DNA of 64,000 nt from Curvularia clavata (lineage: Eukaryota). Below the pieces are notes generated by a model, which was given only the letters and a program-made list of their open reading frames with translations, was not told the origin of the DNA and ran no database searches. The translations under genes and the position numbers were made by a program. This document shows, piece by piece, positions 37,331-50,567 of this stretch (the stretch's first letter is position 1; every line of letters begins with the position of its first letter). Location: contig CP089275.1 in the NCBI GenBank assembly GCA_023920165.1, forward strand, positions 1,054,001-1,118,000. The letters are read 5' to 3'.

Positions 37331-39361
37331 ATGGATCTGTTCACTGATGGAATTCATGCACTCTACCTTGTTTGGCAATGGCCAGTAGTTCCATTGCTAA
37401 CAACTGTGGTATGGCATTATCTAGATACATTGGATTGAAAAAGCACTCTATGTATTAACATTCGACGATAGTCATTGTTCGCATTGATCTCGAAAGCTTT
37501 CTACAATGTCTTCTTTCACCCACTCGCGGATTTTCCTGGGCCGCTTCTGGGCCGCATGTCACTGGTAGGACCACTCTCCATTACATTCAAGGGCCATATT
37601 TTTTGTACTCACTTTGCTTACTTAAACATAGTTATGGCGTTTCAAATCTAGTGCAGGCGGGAAAATACACCTTGAAATCGAGAAGATGCATAGAAAGTAT
37701 GGTAAGAAGACATGCCACCAGTACCCTCGAATTACACGCACTAATTTAGCGAGGCCCTATTGTTCGTATCTCACCAAATGAGCTTTCTTTTGCGTCTGTG
37801 GAGTCCTGGCGCGCCATCTACGGACATGCTTCTCCAGGCAAGGAGGTCATGCGCAAGAGCCCATTCTACGACATCTTCAGCTCTGGCTTCAAGCATTCCT
37901 GTGTTGGCAGCGAGCGAGATACGAAGAAGCACGGAAGTATGCGACGTATGCTATCTGCAGCGTTCTCGCAGCGGGCTTTGCTTGAACAGGAGACAATGGT
38001 GTCTGGTACGATCGATAGATTTGTCGAAATCATAGGCAAGAAGAGCATAACTGAACCCTTGAATATGACCAAATGGTATGAGATGGTCAGCTTCGATATT
38101 CTTGGAGAGATGGCCTTTGGAGAGTCTTTTCATAGCATAGAGACAGGTTTGCTTCCCAACCCTTACTCACGGTTTTCTGTTGTTCACGTAACTAACTATC
38201 GAGCTCTTTCTAGGTCGATCTCATTTCTGGTCTGACTTGATACTAGAGCACCTGTATTTCATTACTCTGGTGGACAATCTGAGCCGCCTTCCCTTCGCAG
38301 TAGCAATTTCTCGGGTGCTGTTTCCTTCCATGCTCCTTGCCAAGAATCACAATTCCGAGTTCAGCAGGAAGCAAGTCGAAAAGTACGTTATCCAAGTGCT
38401 ATATCTGTCTCTTGTACAAATGCTTAAACACATTCATTTTAGGCGCCTCAGTTCTCGAAGCTCGCGGAAAGACTTTCTCACTCACCTTGTCCAGAAAGTC
38501 CGAGACGGCGAGGTAGAGCAAGAGGAGATGACAGCACATGTCTCAACGCTAGCGTAAGTTTTCCTGTCACCTTGAAGATCACGCTCGAAAACGCTATTAT
38601 AAATGATATCTACCAATACAGTGAATGTACTACTAACTGTACTATGCAGCATCGCCGGTGGTGAAACCGTCTCAACTTTTCTTGCTGGAACAACCTTCTT
38701 TCTGCTTAATAAGCCCTCAACAATGAAGAAGCTCACGACTGAGATTCGAGACGCATTTCCAACCTACGACACAATCAATGCGCAGAGAGCGCAGCAATTA
38801 CCTTACCTGCAGGCCGTAATTCAGGAAGGACTGCGAATGTATCCACCCGGTTCGCAAGGCTTTCCACGAATCTCTCCAGGATTTGAATTGCATGGAAAAT
38901 ACGTACCCCAAGGAGTAGGTAACCCCGTCTCTACTGTGCATGAATGGTTAAAAAATTTCACGTCTGACGCGAGCGCTAGGTCGAAGTGTACACTAGTGCA
39001 TGGACTGTGACGCACGACCCACAGTACTGGGAGAACCCAATGGAGTTTGCCCCCGAAAGATGGCTAGATAATGACAGCCAAGACATCCGGGAGGCGAGTC
39101 AGCCGTTCTCACTAGGGCCTAGAGGATGTCTTGGTCGAAAGTAAGCACCCCAAAATCAGTAGTTTCTCTCTCGCGAGTAAAGAACTAACCAATAGCAGTT
39201 TTGCCTACATGGAAATGTTCTTGTTACTGGCAAAGATGTTATGGAGATACGATCTCGAGCTGGTGAACAAAGATGTAGGCTGGCTAGATGAAGGAAAGGT
39301 CTACGTAATGTGGTGGAAGCCTAAGCTTATGATCCGATTTCATCCACGTGTTGACGTATGA
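37331..39361 (+). CDS. Cytochrome P450 monooxygenase (CYP65/Tri11-like), multi-exon
   Basis: FFHPLADFPGP, I-helix IAGGETVST, EGLRMYPP, PERW, heme motif PFSLGPRGCLGR. Confidence 0.92.
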
Positions 39362-39562
39362 GAGATTTTTCGATATTGCGAGCAATACCCAGGGAAGAGG
39401 AATTGAATTGAGTCTATATCGTATGAAGCTGTGAACAGGCTATCCTGGTAGAGAATCATAAACAACGCTAATCCTGAACTTGCAAAGTCCTCTTGCCAAT
39501 AGTAAATTGCTCCTGTATGGCATGGCACCAAATTGCAGCAGGAATCCTCCAGACCATCAGGC

Positions 39563-41548
39563 CTACGTAGATTTATTTTTCTTCTTGATAGTGACCTGGA
39601 AACGATGTAATGGCGTTAACGTCACCTTTCCTGCACATTTCCAGTTTATATCCCGCCTCGCTTGCTCAACATCAGTCCCCTCTGCAAAGCAGATGTCGTA
39701 CTCATGAAGAAGTGCTGCAAAGAAAGCCATGTATTCTGCTTGGGCAAACTTGCGACCCAAACATACGCGCGCGCCATCGGAGAAAGTGAGTAGCGTTCCA
39801 CGCATCTGACGAGTTTTATCAGCAGCAACAGTCGCGGCTTTGCGCGACTTGACCGTCGTGCCTGCTTCGTTGTCGAAAGCATGGTTGCTCTTCGTTGAGA
39901 TGCCCTGCGTGCTGTTCCATCTTTCTGGCCGTAACTCTGTAGGATTTTCCCAGTACTTTTCATGGTAGTGTACACCAGGTGCTGATAGGTAGACACGACA
40001 GCCTGCAGGTAGCACATGTGACATGTTGTCAACGCGGATCTCTTGCTTGTCATGACACATCTTTGTGATCAAGGTCACACCAGGGTATAACCGGAAGGTT
40101 TCGTACTTTCATCAAGTCAGTAAGATCTATAGAAGTTGTCGGGTCGCAGTGACCAACCATGAATCCGTATAGATATTGCAGCTCGGCAAAATCATCTTCA
40201 TATGACAATCGTGTTCGTCCTTGTGCTGCGGCTCGTGACCACACCTTGTCAATACTGTCGCTCAATTTCTGTTGCAACATGGGCTCAAGTGCCAATACAA
40301 AAATGCCATATGCGATAGCATTAGCGGTAGTCTCGTATCCTTTGTCCATGTCGTCAGTACGGTAATTGCTTCAGATATAGCGGTACCCACCAGCTAGCAA
40401 GTATATGAACAAATTTCCCATGACCTCATCGTCCGTGAAAGCATGTTTTTTAACATTCTCCTTCCCAATCATAGCATGCTGCTTCTGATTCTCTAAGCCC
40501 GCCTCGTATGATGATCCGACGACCATGTTCAATAGGTTACGCCGCGATGCTTTTACTGCTTCGCCTGTACCTCCCTCTATCCTCTTTTTCTCGACACGAA
40601 TCATCCCCCGAAGATACTTATCGAGTTGCGAATGAGCGAGTTGGGCTTTTGCGTATGGGGAAATCTTCAGCAGCCAGGCGGGGAATACCAGTATTGCTAG
40701 CATAAAGGTTGTCGTATCACTGATGGCTCTTAAAAAGCTGATTTTGTAGCCAGTCGGAACGTCTCTTTCCTGATCTGTCACTGATTCAAGCTTTTTACCG
40801 AAAGCAGCAAGCGAAATGACAGCAAGAGTGAGTGCGTTGACGTTTTCGTGTATGTCTTTTGGAGGTTCTTTTGCCCATAAGCTCAGTAGGGTCTGTGTTT
40901 GATGCATTGTTTCGTCCCAAACAAGTTTGTTGATTCCGTTAGTCTCTGAGAATGCTGGTGCTGTGATGCGTACGTGGAAGCGGTATTCAGCTCCCTCCGC
41001 GGTTGCTACGTTGGGTCCATATGGCTCGAGTATTTCTGTTGGCTTTAATGTTGGCTTTTCTAAAACGTAGCTGTGCATACAGGGACATAATAGTAACAAG
41101 AAAAGTTCACATCGAACAGTTCCATAACGAAAATTCTGTGCTTACTATACTTATCTCGTGGCTTGGTGAAGTCAGAACGCCTGTTCATCACGTCCCACGC
41201 GAGAGCGGCATCTGCAGTGTAGCATATCATTCCATCGGGCGAGACGCAGATGAACGTATCACCGTACTCTTCATGAGCGAGCCTCTTATCCTCCCAGGAC
41301 CAGTCTTTGATCATGAATCGACACCATCTGGGCCATCCTTTACCCGCATCCAAGTGGGCTAGATAGAGCCTGCGAAGGAAAAGGGTTGCAAGCTGCGCGA
41401 ATACTTGCGTTTCAAGAAGAGGGGTTACCACTACTCGAAGACCAGTTGCTCGTGCTTTCGCGATGTTTCGCCACAAGCGGAGTCCTTGCACTAGCACCAG
41501 TGCAATCGTTATCATCAAAAGATGAGACATAATAGGTGGAACGTACAT
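39563..41548 (-). CDS. Cytochrome P450 monooxygenase, multi-exon
   Basis: N-terminal TM segment, I-helix YLLAG|YETTA, ETFRLYPG, LRPERW, heme motif TFSDGARVCLGRKFA. Confidence 0.9.
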
Positions 41549-41807
41549 CGTGATCGTGGATAGCAATTGATGTATGATTGAGATCAGCGAGCGGGCAATG
41601 TGCCAGTTGTATACTACCTATGTTATGTTTGCCTTTGGAGGCGCTACAGATGTGAGAAGGCTCGGCATGCAGGAATGACAAATCCCAATGGGGCAAGCTC
41701 GATTCGGCAGCCCGCGTGCAGCAGCTCAGCACGCAGCCTCGAAAATAAAATCAGTCCTAACGATATAACAATAGTAGCACCTAATATGATATTCTATCTC
41801 ATACACC

Positions 41808-42882
41808 ATGACGGACTTAAATCTTCGACTCGACAACGTTCCCTCACTAGATGGAAAGGTTGTGCTCTTGACAGGTCAGATCAGACAATCATCGACCTCA
41901 ACTAAAACTAGCTCATGTGTCAATAGGCGGCGCTTCTGGAATTGGTCTTGCAGCGGCCAGAATTTTTGCGAGCAAGGGCGCTGAGGTGCACGTCCTCGAT
42001 ATTGTGCCTATCGATGAGAGTTTCGATATTTACGAAATCCCAGGCCAGACGGTCAAACCGCCAGAGAGTTTGCCTGAAGTTCCCAGAGGAAGAATCAATT
42101 TTCGCCAATGCGACATCACTGACTGGAAATCCTTGAGGGATAACTTCCTGTCGTTTGATCACATCGATATTGCAGTGGCCAATGCGGGCGTCTCGCAAGA
42201 TCCTGATTACTTCACAGATGTTTTTGACGATGATGGGTTGCTCCTGGAGCCAAAGCACAAGGTTATGGATGTGAATTTTCGATCTGTGTTGAATTTCACC
42301 AAACTGGCTTTACGTCAGTTCGCAACCCAGCCCGCGGGAAGTAGCCTTGTCATTACTGCGAGCGCTACTGCTTATGCACCAGAGCAAAGTCTCCCTGTGT
42401 ATAGCGCCACAAAACTTGCTGTAAGTGGGCACAGTTGTGCTCAATCTATTCTTGTAAAGCATTAACTGAGTTTGCTGCAGGTTGTGGGTCTGATAAGAGG
42501 CTTACGTCCCATGGCGGAGCAATACGGAACAACTATCAACGGAGTAGCACCTGCAGCTACCATCTCAAAACTATTGCCCACGAATCTTGCGGCGCCAATC
42601 AAGGCTGCCGGAGCGCCCATCAGCAGTGCATACCATGTTGGTTTGGCGATAGCATATTCCGCTACAGCGCAGCAGCAACGTGCTGTGGAGTCCTACGGCA
42701 GAGATGATGCAACCAAGTCGAACTCACCTGGTCGGTGGAACGGAAGGATTATCTTAACTCTCGGAGACCGCTGGACCGAGCTGGAGGAGCCAATTGCGTC
42801 TTTGCGACCGAATTGGTTTGGTGAATACAACACCAAGATGACGGCGTTCCAGCAGAAGTTGACGGATCAGCGACCTTTGTAG
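41808..42882 (+). CDS. Short-chain dehydrogenase/reductase
   Basis: MTDLNLRLDNVPSLDGKVVLLT|GGASGIG (TGxxxGxG split by an intron), ANAG, catalytic YSATK. Second intron at 42421-42480. Confidence 0.9.
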
Positions 42883-43108
42883 ATTAGTCACGTACCTGCA
42901 ACTAATCAATGTTCGCTCGCTTAGACTGCTGCAAGGGGTTTTCCCAATTCGATGCAACTCCTTCCGTACTAGCGTAAGATACGCTAGTTGCGGCTCTTCC
43001 CACCCGCCGCCAGCGCGACATAGCTTGACCTCTCACTAATCCTCCTTTTGAGGATTTTTGCTAAAACTTACCCGCTCTGAGATCCTACTTGGGCGCAAAC
43101 TACACACG

Positions 43109-45101
43109 ATGTCAGCCATGGAAACGAATACACAATCTGAATCCAAGGGTCCGGAGGAATCGGCTACCTCTCTAACGGAGGCTGCCGATGACTACCCATC
43201 AGGTTCAAGGTTTTTTGGCTTGTTGGTGGCCTTGATGTTAACCATATTTTTAGTAGCTATGGATATGGTGCGCCTTATACGTCTGATGACTATCGTTTCT
43301 GCTTCTAACCATAACAGACAATTGTTGCTACTGCTATTCCACGTATCACCCAGGAATTCAACAGCATACCCGACATTGGCTGGTACGGATCTGCGTTCTT
43401 CCTTACCATCTCTAGTTTTGCGCAACTCTGGGGCAAGGGTTATACATATTTTCCGCTGAAATGGGTTATAATCGCTGCCATTGTTGTATTCGAGATTGGA
43501 AGTTTGATCTGCGGTGAGATTTTTGATGTTTTTTCCTTTTTCTCTGAAATTCGTTGCTGACATTTCATCCTAAGCTGTTGCACAAGATAGTATAACGTTG
43601 ATAGTCGGCCGAGCGATTTGTGGTGCAGGCGGCGCCGGTATCACGAATGGCTGTTATACGATTATTGCCTTCATCGCAAGACCAGAAAGCCGTCCAGCAT
43701 ACACGGGTCTTCTCGGTGCGACATACGGTATGGCTAGTGTTATTGGACCATTGGTCGGTGGTTTCTTTACCACCGATGTTACATGGCGATGGTGGTGAGC
43801 AATCCAAATATTCACTTCAACCATCTACAGTGACCCGCTGACACAACATCTCCACAGCTTTTACATCAATCTTCCTATCGGAGGGTTTTCGCTTTTGGTT
43901 CTAACATTTTTCTTTAAAACACCTGCTGCTGCTAAACCGAAATCCGCCTCGCTGCGAGAGAAGGCACTGCATGCAGATTTACCTGGAGTGATACTCAGTG
44001 CCAGCTGCATTGTTTGCTTTCTGTTGTATCTGCAGTGGGGAGGTATCACTAAACCATGGAACTCACCGGACGTGATTGGTTGCATTGTTGGATCCATTGT
44101 CCTCTTCGCTGCATTTGCTTGCGGACAGTGGTACTTGGGTGAGAGGGCGATGATGGTTCCTCGTCTTCTCCTGACCCGTGAGACCATCGCCCTAGCGCTC
44201 TACAATTTTTTGTAAGCTTTCTTTGTCCTTTGAAGGCCATCTGAATCACTGCTAATTCTGTTAGCCTTGCTGGGTCTTACTTTGTCTTTGTTTACTACCT
44301 GCCAATCTATTTCCAATCGATTGGTGGGCTCTCAGCTGCAGCAAGCGCGGTGAGAAATTTACCCCTTATCATCAGTTCCTGTACGTCGCACCTTTCAATG
44401 AAGTCGTTGTTGCATTCATTATTGCTGACATGAAATAGCTATCTTTGGCATCGTGTCTGGTGTCTTAATGACCAAATTCGGTTACTTTCATTGGTTTCTA
44501 TGGATCGGCGCAGCCCTCAGTGCTCTCGGAGGAGGCCTTATCTATACGCTCGGCATTCAACTTGACACTGGCAAATATGTAGGCTTCCAACTGATAGCTG
44601 GAACTGGTGCAGGCCTGTCTCTGCAGGTTCCTGTCATTGTTGCCCAAGCTACCACGCGTCCCGAAGATATCGCTATGCGCACAGCCATCTTACTTTGTAA
44701 TGTGTCCTCAGGATCTTTCACTGCAAGCTTACTAACTGTCCTTAGTCTTCCAAACACTCGGCGGTGCCATTTTCATATCCGTAGCTCAGAACATGTTTGC
44801 CAATCAGTTGCTTCAATCTGTGACAAACAACAATGTCGGCTTTGACCCCCAAAAGATTCTGTCTGTGGGAGCAGATGACCTGAAAAGCCACTTTCTTGCT
44901 CATGAGCTCAGCGACGTCTTCAAAGCATATCTGTTGGGATTGAGAACAACTTGGATCTTGGGTATTGCGTGCGCGAGTGCTGCATTCATAGTCACTTTTG
45001 GATCACGGTACCGCAACATACTCGCTCCAAAAGCACATTTATCAGGCTCCAAAGATGGCTCATACATTGAGAAAGCCAGTGAGGATGAGGCGATAGTTTG
45101 A
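43109..45101 (+). CDS. MFS drug:H+ antiporter (DHA2, toxin-efflux type), multi-exon
   Basis: [58 protein letters not shown]. Confidence 0.92.
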
Positions 45102-45329
45102 GTGCGGTTTACTAATGGTTATAACTTCTGTTTTCCTTGGTATCAATGCCACAGGTAGCCTCACAAGATTATCGGAAACGCAGGGGTGCTGTCAGGTGCC
45201 TTGAGGAAAAAAACATCTATTTTTACTTTTCTAGCTTGTCCAAAAGCTCGCATAATTTTTACGAGTTTATCTAGCCTAGATTAACTCATTACCTTACAAT
45301 CCTACTTCAAAATTCCTAATGGCCTTACT

Positions 45330-46823
45330 TTAACACAAAAGTTTCATGTATTCCTGCCATTCTGTATCCTGCAGCAGCATCTCCATGTCTTCCTTGATCA
45401 TGGTAACAACGACTTCGACGTCACCGTTTTCCTTTTCTGGCATAACGAAAGTGATACCCTCGAATATTCCCTCGGGAAACCTGACGTAATCAGGAACGGT
45501 ACGATCTTCCCCAAATACACTGCCCCAGTGCGTCTTGTATAGCCGCAGTCCGGAAAGTGAGCTTATTACCACATCCTCCGCCAACCAAGTCGGGTAAACA
45601 AGCCCGAGGCATGATACGTCTGGAATACTTGCAGCCAGTCTCAGGACGTCCCATAAAATAGCGGGCTCCCTGTGCGAGCGGACTGCAGCTCGAATATCGT
45701 TTGCAGTGTCCCTCATGGATTGGTTAGTTACGAGGTGTCTTGCCTGAACCTCGTTGACGCTGTAAACGATGACATTTGCTATGCGTTCCTTGCTTTTCTT
45801 TGCGCCAGAATCGGAGTGCACATATGGTATTAATCCCCGGATGTTCATCGCGTACATCATAGTACTTGTCTTTGTAAGGTCTTCTGCCTTCCGTAGTCTA
45901 GCTCGCACGATGCAGCGCCATATTAGTGCTGAGGTGGCGTCGTTGTTAGAGATCCAATTCCCGTTACTCTGCGATATCTTCTCATCAATGGGATTGACGT
46001 CCTTTCCCGCCGGCCTTCTACATAATTCCTTGAGAAAAAGCTGTTGCTCGGCGCTCATACCAAAGATCTTGGTAACTGTCTCTTGTTGTGGAATATTTTT
46101 TGCCAACATTGCAGACGTCATTTCCTTGGGTCTGTAATCCAAACCAAGCATGTGCCATAGCTCTTTTCTACCCTTCAACTGATCGTAGACTTTTCTATCC
46201 TGATTGATGCCACCCTGAAGGCCTATCTCCTTCTGTGAAATTGGCCAGTGGTGAAGGTTCGCCGTAGTCTCTCCCCTAGCCTGCAGTGCCCACGCTTCCG
46301 CAATCTGACTGAGACCCGAGGCATCCATGACCGCATGGCTCGTGCATAAACACAGGAAGACACCATTCTTGATAAAGCTCACTTTTGCTTTCAAAAGGAA
46401 TTTCATTCCTTCTTCGCTAGTCTCCCTACTTGGGATGAGTAGTTTTGCGCTCAAGTATTTAGAAGGCATGTGCTCCGAGACCAATGTATCATAATCTTTA
46501 TTTTCATACAGGGGGTGTTGAGATATATCCTGTATTGAGAGTTGAAGGTCGGCGGGATCGTGAATGCTCGAACCGTTGCCATTCGCATCCAAAGGACTGG
46601 AGAGAAACTTAGTCCCCAAGCGATGACCCGATGTTACTGCGTTGCTGTTGACGGTACAACGCATCCAGGGGTTCGAGGAAAGTAGAGATCTAAAGGAAGA
46701 AGAAAGAATTTCGGCTGTTTCTGAATGTGTGCGGCACGGCAAAGTGAGAACAAACGGGAGGTCGATGTCCGGCATGATATCGTCTAGGGCACCCAGAGGA
46801 TAGGAGTTTATGTTGTTGACCAT
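45330..46823 (-). CDS. CoA-dependent O-acyltransferase (Tri101/BAHD-like Transferase family)
   Basis: Intronless ~497 aa ORF with catalytic HxxxD (SHAVMDASG), SNNDATSALIWRCI, and a DFGWG-position variant YKTHWG. Confidence 0.85.
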   Translation of the reverse strand: MVNNINSYPLGALDDIMPDIDLPFVLTLPCRTHSETAEILSSSFRSLLSSNPWMRCTVNSNAVTSGHRLGTKFLSSPLDANGNGSSIHDPADLQLSIQDISQHPLYENKDYDTLVSEHMPSKYLSAKLLIPSRETSEEGMKFLLKAKVSFIKNGVFLCLCTSHAVMDASGLSQIAEAWALQARGETTANLHHWPISQKEIGLQGGINQDRKVYDQLKGRKELWHMLGLDYRPKEMTSAMLAKNIPQQETVTKIFGMSAEQQLFLKELCRRPAGKDVNPIDEKISQSNGNWISNNDATSALIWRCIVRARLRKAEDLTKTSTMMYAMNIRGLIPYVHSDSGAKKSKERIANVIVYSVNEVQARHLVTNQSMRDTANDIRAAVRSHREPAILWDVLRLAASIPDVSCLGLVYPTWLAEDVVISSLSGLRLYKTHWGSVFGEDRTVPDYVRFPEGIFEGITFVMPEKENGDVEVVVTMIKEDMEMLLQDTEWQEYMKLLC

Positions 46824-47081
46824 GTTTTTTCTCGCCTTCTTTTTTCTATTTGAGTCGTTCGTAGCAACTAAGGAGGACAATAAATGAATACGATGAATTT
46901 CTAGCTGTATTTGACTTGGGATTGTGCTTTCTTTTTAAGAGTGAAGACTTTTTGAGTTAAGTATGGCACCTGGCACGAAATTGAACAAATGTTCGGGGGA
47001 AAACCAAAAGGGTATTTCCGAATGGGTTAAATATATCCGAGCACCGAGAACTCCAAACTGACTAATCGAGACCTTACAAGC

Positions 47082-48175
47082 TCAATCTACCATCAAGTAC
47101 CTCGGAGTTGTCTTGCTCCAGGTCTCGTTCCCACTCATCTGATATTTTAGCCCTTCCGCATACAACACTTGCGGGTCAAGAAGATCTTTCGAGTCATAGA
47201 GCGCAGTGCATAACATCTCGTGCTTCATCTCCCATTCGCGAACCAAAGACCAAAGGACCTTCTTTGACGATTTAATGTCCAGCCCGGTATTGTCTGCCAT
47301 AACCTTGACCGCAGAGCAGAGTGCAGAGCCTTCTTGTGCGCACTGCTCTGCCTGCTTCAACTCCTTTTCCCAGCTATAAATGTCGTTGACTATGGCGATA
47401 TGCTTGGCATGGTTTTCTTCAAGAGCACGCATCGCAGCGAGATCTTTAGGATCCAGCTCCAGATTCATAGAAAATCGCATGAGTGCAGATAGAAGACTAG
47501 GGTGCTATTAGTTAGGTGATTTTTTACAAAATAATGAGTTTGGAGCAAACGTACGCGCTTCCTACGTCCCTCTCGCGGTACACAAGGTAGCTACCCAGTT
47601 GGTCAATGCTCACTCGCGACTTATCGGTCTGAGCACGCATGAAAACAAATACGGGCTCTAGAACACTGTTTGCGAGTTCCATATCGATCTTACGCATTTC
47701 GTCCCAGATGGCATGGAACATCCATTCAACGGGAATCGACCCTTTGTCCAGTGAGCAATTATGGTTTCTGCATCGGAACCCTTACTCACAATCTGGCGCC
47801 ACCTTGCCTTCGGCGATGGGCATCAAATGCTCATTGTACGCTTTGCCTTCATCAAAAGACATCTCCTCCAAGAGGTCTCAAGTTACTGTCAGCGACGTGT
47901 GTAGAACTGTCTCAATTTCACCTACCATCTATCAGGAAAAGGATGGTGAGAAGCTTGCATGCAGATGCAATGCGTTCATCATGGGCCCGTGGGAAATACA
48001 AGCATGTAACACGAGAGAAGCCAGCGGCAACGAATTTCTTTCTTGCCTTTTCGTTAGGAAAAGGCCAATGCTGAAGGAACCAGCCATCAACTTGGGCAGT
48101 AGTTTCTTCAACTTTGGGGTGGATCGAAGATGTCCATGTGGAAGGAAGCGCAGGGTCCGAGATGAGGGCAGGCAT
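47082..48175 (-). CDS. ari1: Aristolochene synthase-like sesquiterpene cyclase (4 exons)
   Basis: Segments closely match the Aspergillus terreus/Penicillium aristolochene synthases as I recall them (FLQHWPFPNEKARKKFVAAGFSRVTCLYFP, LEPVFVFMRAQTD, YRERDVG, YQMSGNE). Motifs DDLLE, NSE NDIYSWEKE and the terminal RY are present. The actual product hydrocarbon is not proven. Confidence 0.9.
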
Positions 48176-48485
48176 GGCGTGAGGATATTTGCAAATTCAA
48201 GACTGGTTGGCACGACACATTTCTCGTGGAGTGGTGATTTAGGGACATTTTGAGGATTTCATAGTGATGCGTATGCTCCAATAGGAAACATCAAAAGGTA
48301 CAACGCTATGGCCCAAAGGAGAAAGCGTTAGATTGCTCGAGCTCCGGGCTCTTGCCAAATGGGAACACACTGCATCTAGGCAAGCGAACTACCTCGGACC
48401 GGAAAATCTTTTCTACGCGCATACGCCCCGTCACATCTCCCCCTGCGTTTGTTTTTCCTGTCTGCCACCCACCTGACGAGGCAAA

Positions 48486-50062
48486 ATGGTTTACCCCACG
48501 AATGTAGGCATCAAGGCCATCGAAATTTATATTCCCGGCCAGGTAAATATGCCCACGAAACTCATAATTGTGTCAGCATGCTTACTAACGTAATCCACTA
48601 GACCCTAGACCAGACTCAGTTTGAGGCGTACCAGGGCGTATCTGCAGGAAAGTACACAATCGGTCTCGGCTTAAAGTCGATGAACTTTTGCACAGACCGC
48701 GAAGGTATAGACGTGCCAGTAGGGCTCCAATGCAGCCCGGCCATGGGCTGACAGAAATAATGTTAGATGTATGCTCTCTTGCGCTCACCGCCGTTTCTTC
48801 CCTTCTCAAAAAGTACTCGATCAACCCAGACTCTATAGGCAGGCTCGAGGTAGGCACCGAGTCTCCTTTTGACAAGGCCAAGTCGGTCAAGACCGTCTTG
48901 ACTCAGCTATTTGGTGACAACCATAGCCTAGAAGGGGCGGATACAGTCAATGCGTGCTATGGTGGCACCAATGCCTTGTTTAACGCTATCAATTGGGTCG
49001 AATCTCGCTCCTGGGATGGTAGGGACGCGATTGTTGTAGCCTCTGACATAGCTGTGTACAAGCAGTCTGCGGCTAGGCCCACTGGCGGTGCTGGATGTGT
49101 CGCCTTGTTAGTTGGTCCAAACGCTCCGATAATCTCCGTCCCTGGTCTTCGCGGCACGTATATGACGCACGCATATGACTTTTACAAGCCTGAAATGCGT
49201 TCTGAGTATCCGTTCGTGGATGGCAAACTTTCCATATCCTGCTACCTGTCTGCACTTGATGGGTGCTACGCAGATCTACAAAAGTCAGCAGCACGAGCTT
49301 TACGTGACTCTGAGAGATATCCTGAAGCGAGTGCTATTCTAGCTCAGGATCGGCAAACCTTTGCTGACATCTTCGACTTTATGGCATTTCACACCCCCAA
49401 CTGCAAGCTTGTCAGCAAATCGTACGGCCGACTCTTATACAACGACTTCCGTCAAGATAGCACGTCGCACGAGGGCTTCGCTAGCGTGCCCAAACACCTG
49501 CACAACCTGTCCTACGATGAATCGCTCCAGTCAAAGGAGGTTGAAACTACCTTTGTGCAGCTTAGCAAAGCTCAATTCAAAGCCCGCATTGAGCCATGCA
49601 TTCAAGCACCAAGCCGGTGTGGTAACATGTATACCGCTAGCTTGTACTGCTCACTGCTGAGCCTCCTTTCTTCTGTTAGATCCGATGCCCTCCAGGGCAA
49701 AACCATCGGTCTTTTCAGCTATGGCAGTGGTATTGCAAGCAGTCTGTTCACTATGCAAGTTGTGGGAGATGTCACCAAGATCATAGAGCAAGTGAACCTC
49801 TTTGCTCGTTTGGACCAGCGTCACCTTGCCACGCCCGATGAATATGAAAAGGTATGATACTTGTTGACTCTGTGCTTCACATGGAACTAATACCATATGC
49901 TAGGCTTGTAAATTGCGAGAAGAGGCCTACGGAAAGAACAGCTTCACCCCACAGGCCGGTCTGGACGACATCGGTGAAGGTGTCTATTACCTTGAAAATG
50001 TAGACGATCAATACCGACGCACATACAAGGTTAAGGAACCCATCACCAACGGCGCTCACTAA
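48486..50062 (+). CDS. erg13: Hydroxymethylglutaryl-CoA synthase (ERG13 homolog, probably a cluster-specific paralog)
   Basis: [24 protein letters not shown] (catalytic Glu), NACYGGT (catalytic Cys), [18 protein letters not shown] (His), GNMYTAS, FSYGSG. Three introns. Confidence 0.95.
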
Positions 50063-50567
50063 GTCATTTGAAAAAATTCTCAATAGATAGTAGCCATAGA
50101 ACGTGTGTATCGACAATCTATAGATGTATCCGGCGCTATACTTGGCCCTAAGATATATGATCAATCTCCAACCAAGTTACGTGATCGTTCGTCAATAGGG
50201 TTCACTCATACTTGGCTGTCAATCATCATTGACATAATCCATTTGCTCTCATACCGTCAAAAGCTATCATCAATCAATCTGCGATTGAATCTGACAATGA
50301 CTTATCTTCGTCTCGCATTCGGGATATAGCTTTCCCAGCGCGGTGCGGTCTTAACTGATACCAGATTATGGTAGTTCCTAATCAACTTTGCAGCTCAGAG
50401 ATCATGCTCATTTAAGTTGACGCATGAACACAACATAGACTACTTTGAGTCAAACACAACATTGAAAGCGTGAGAGAATATGTAAAGCATTTCAGGATCC
50501 TAGCTACACTTCGCTACTTCTTCGTGTTCCCAATAGATACTATCGCTTCACGAAGGTCTTTCTTCGT

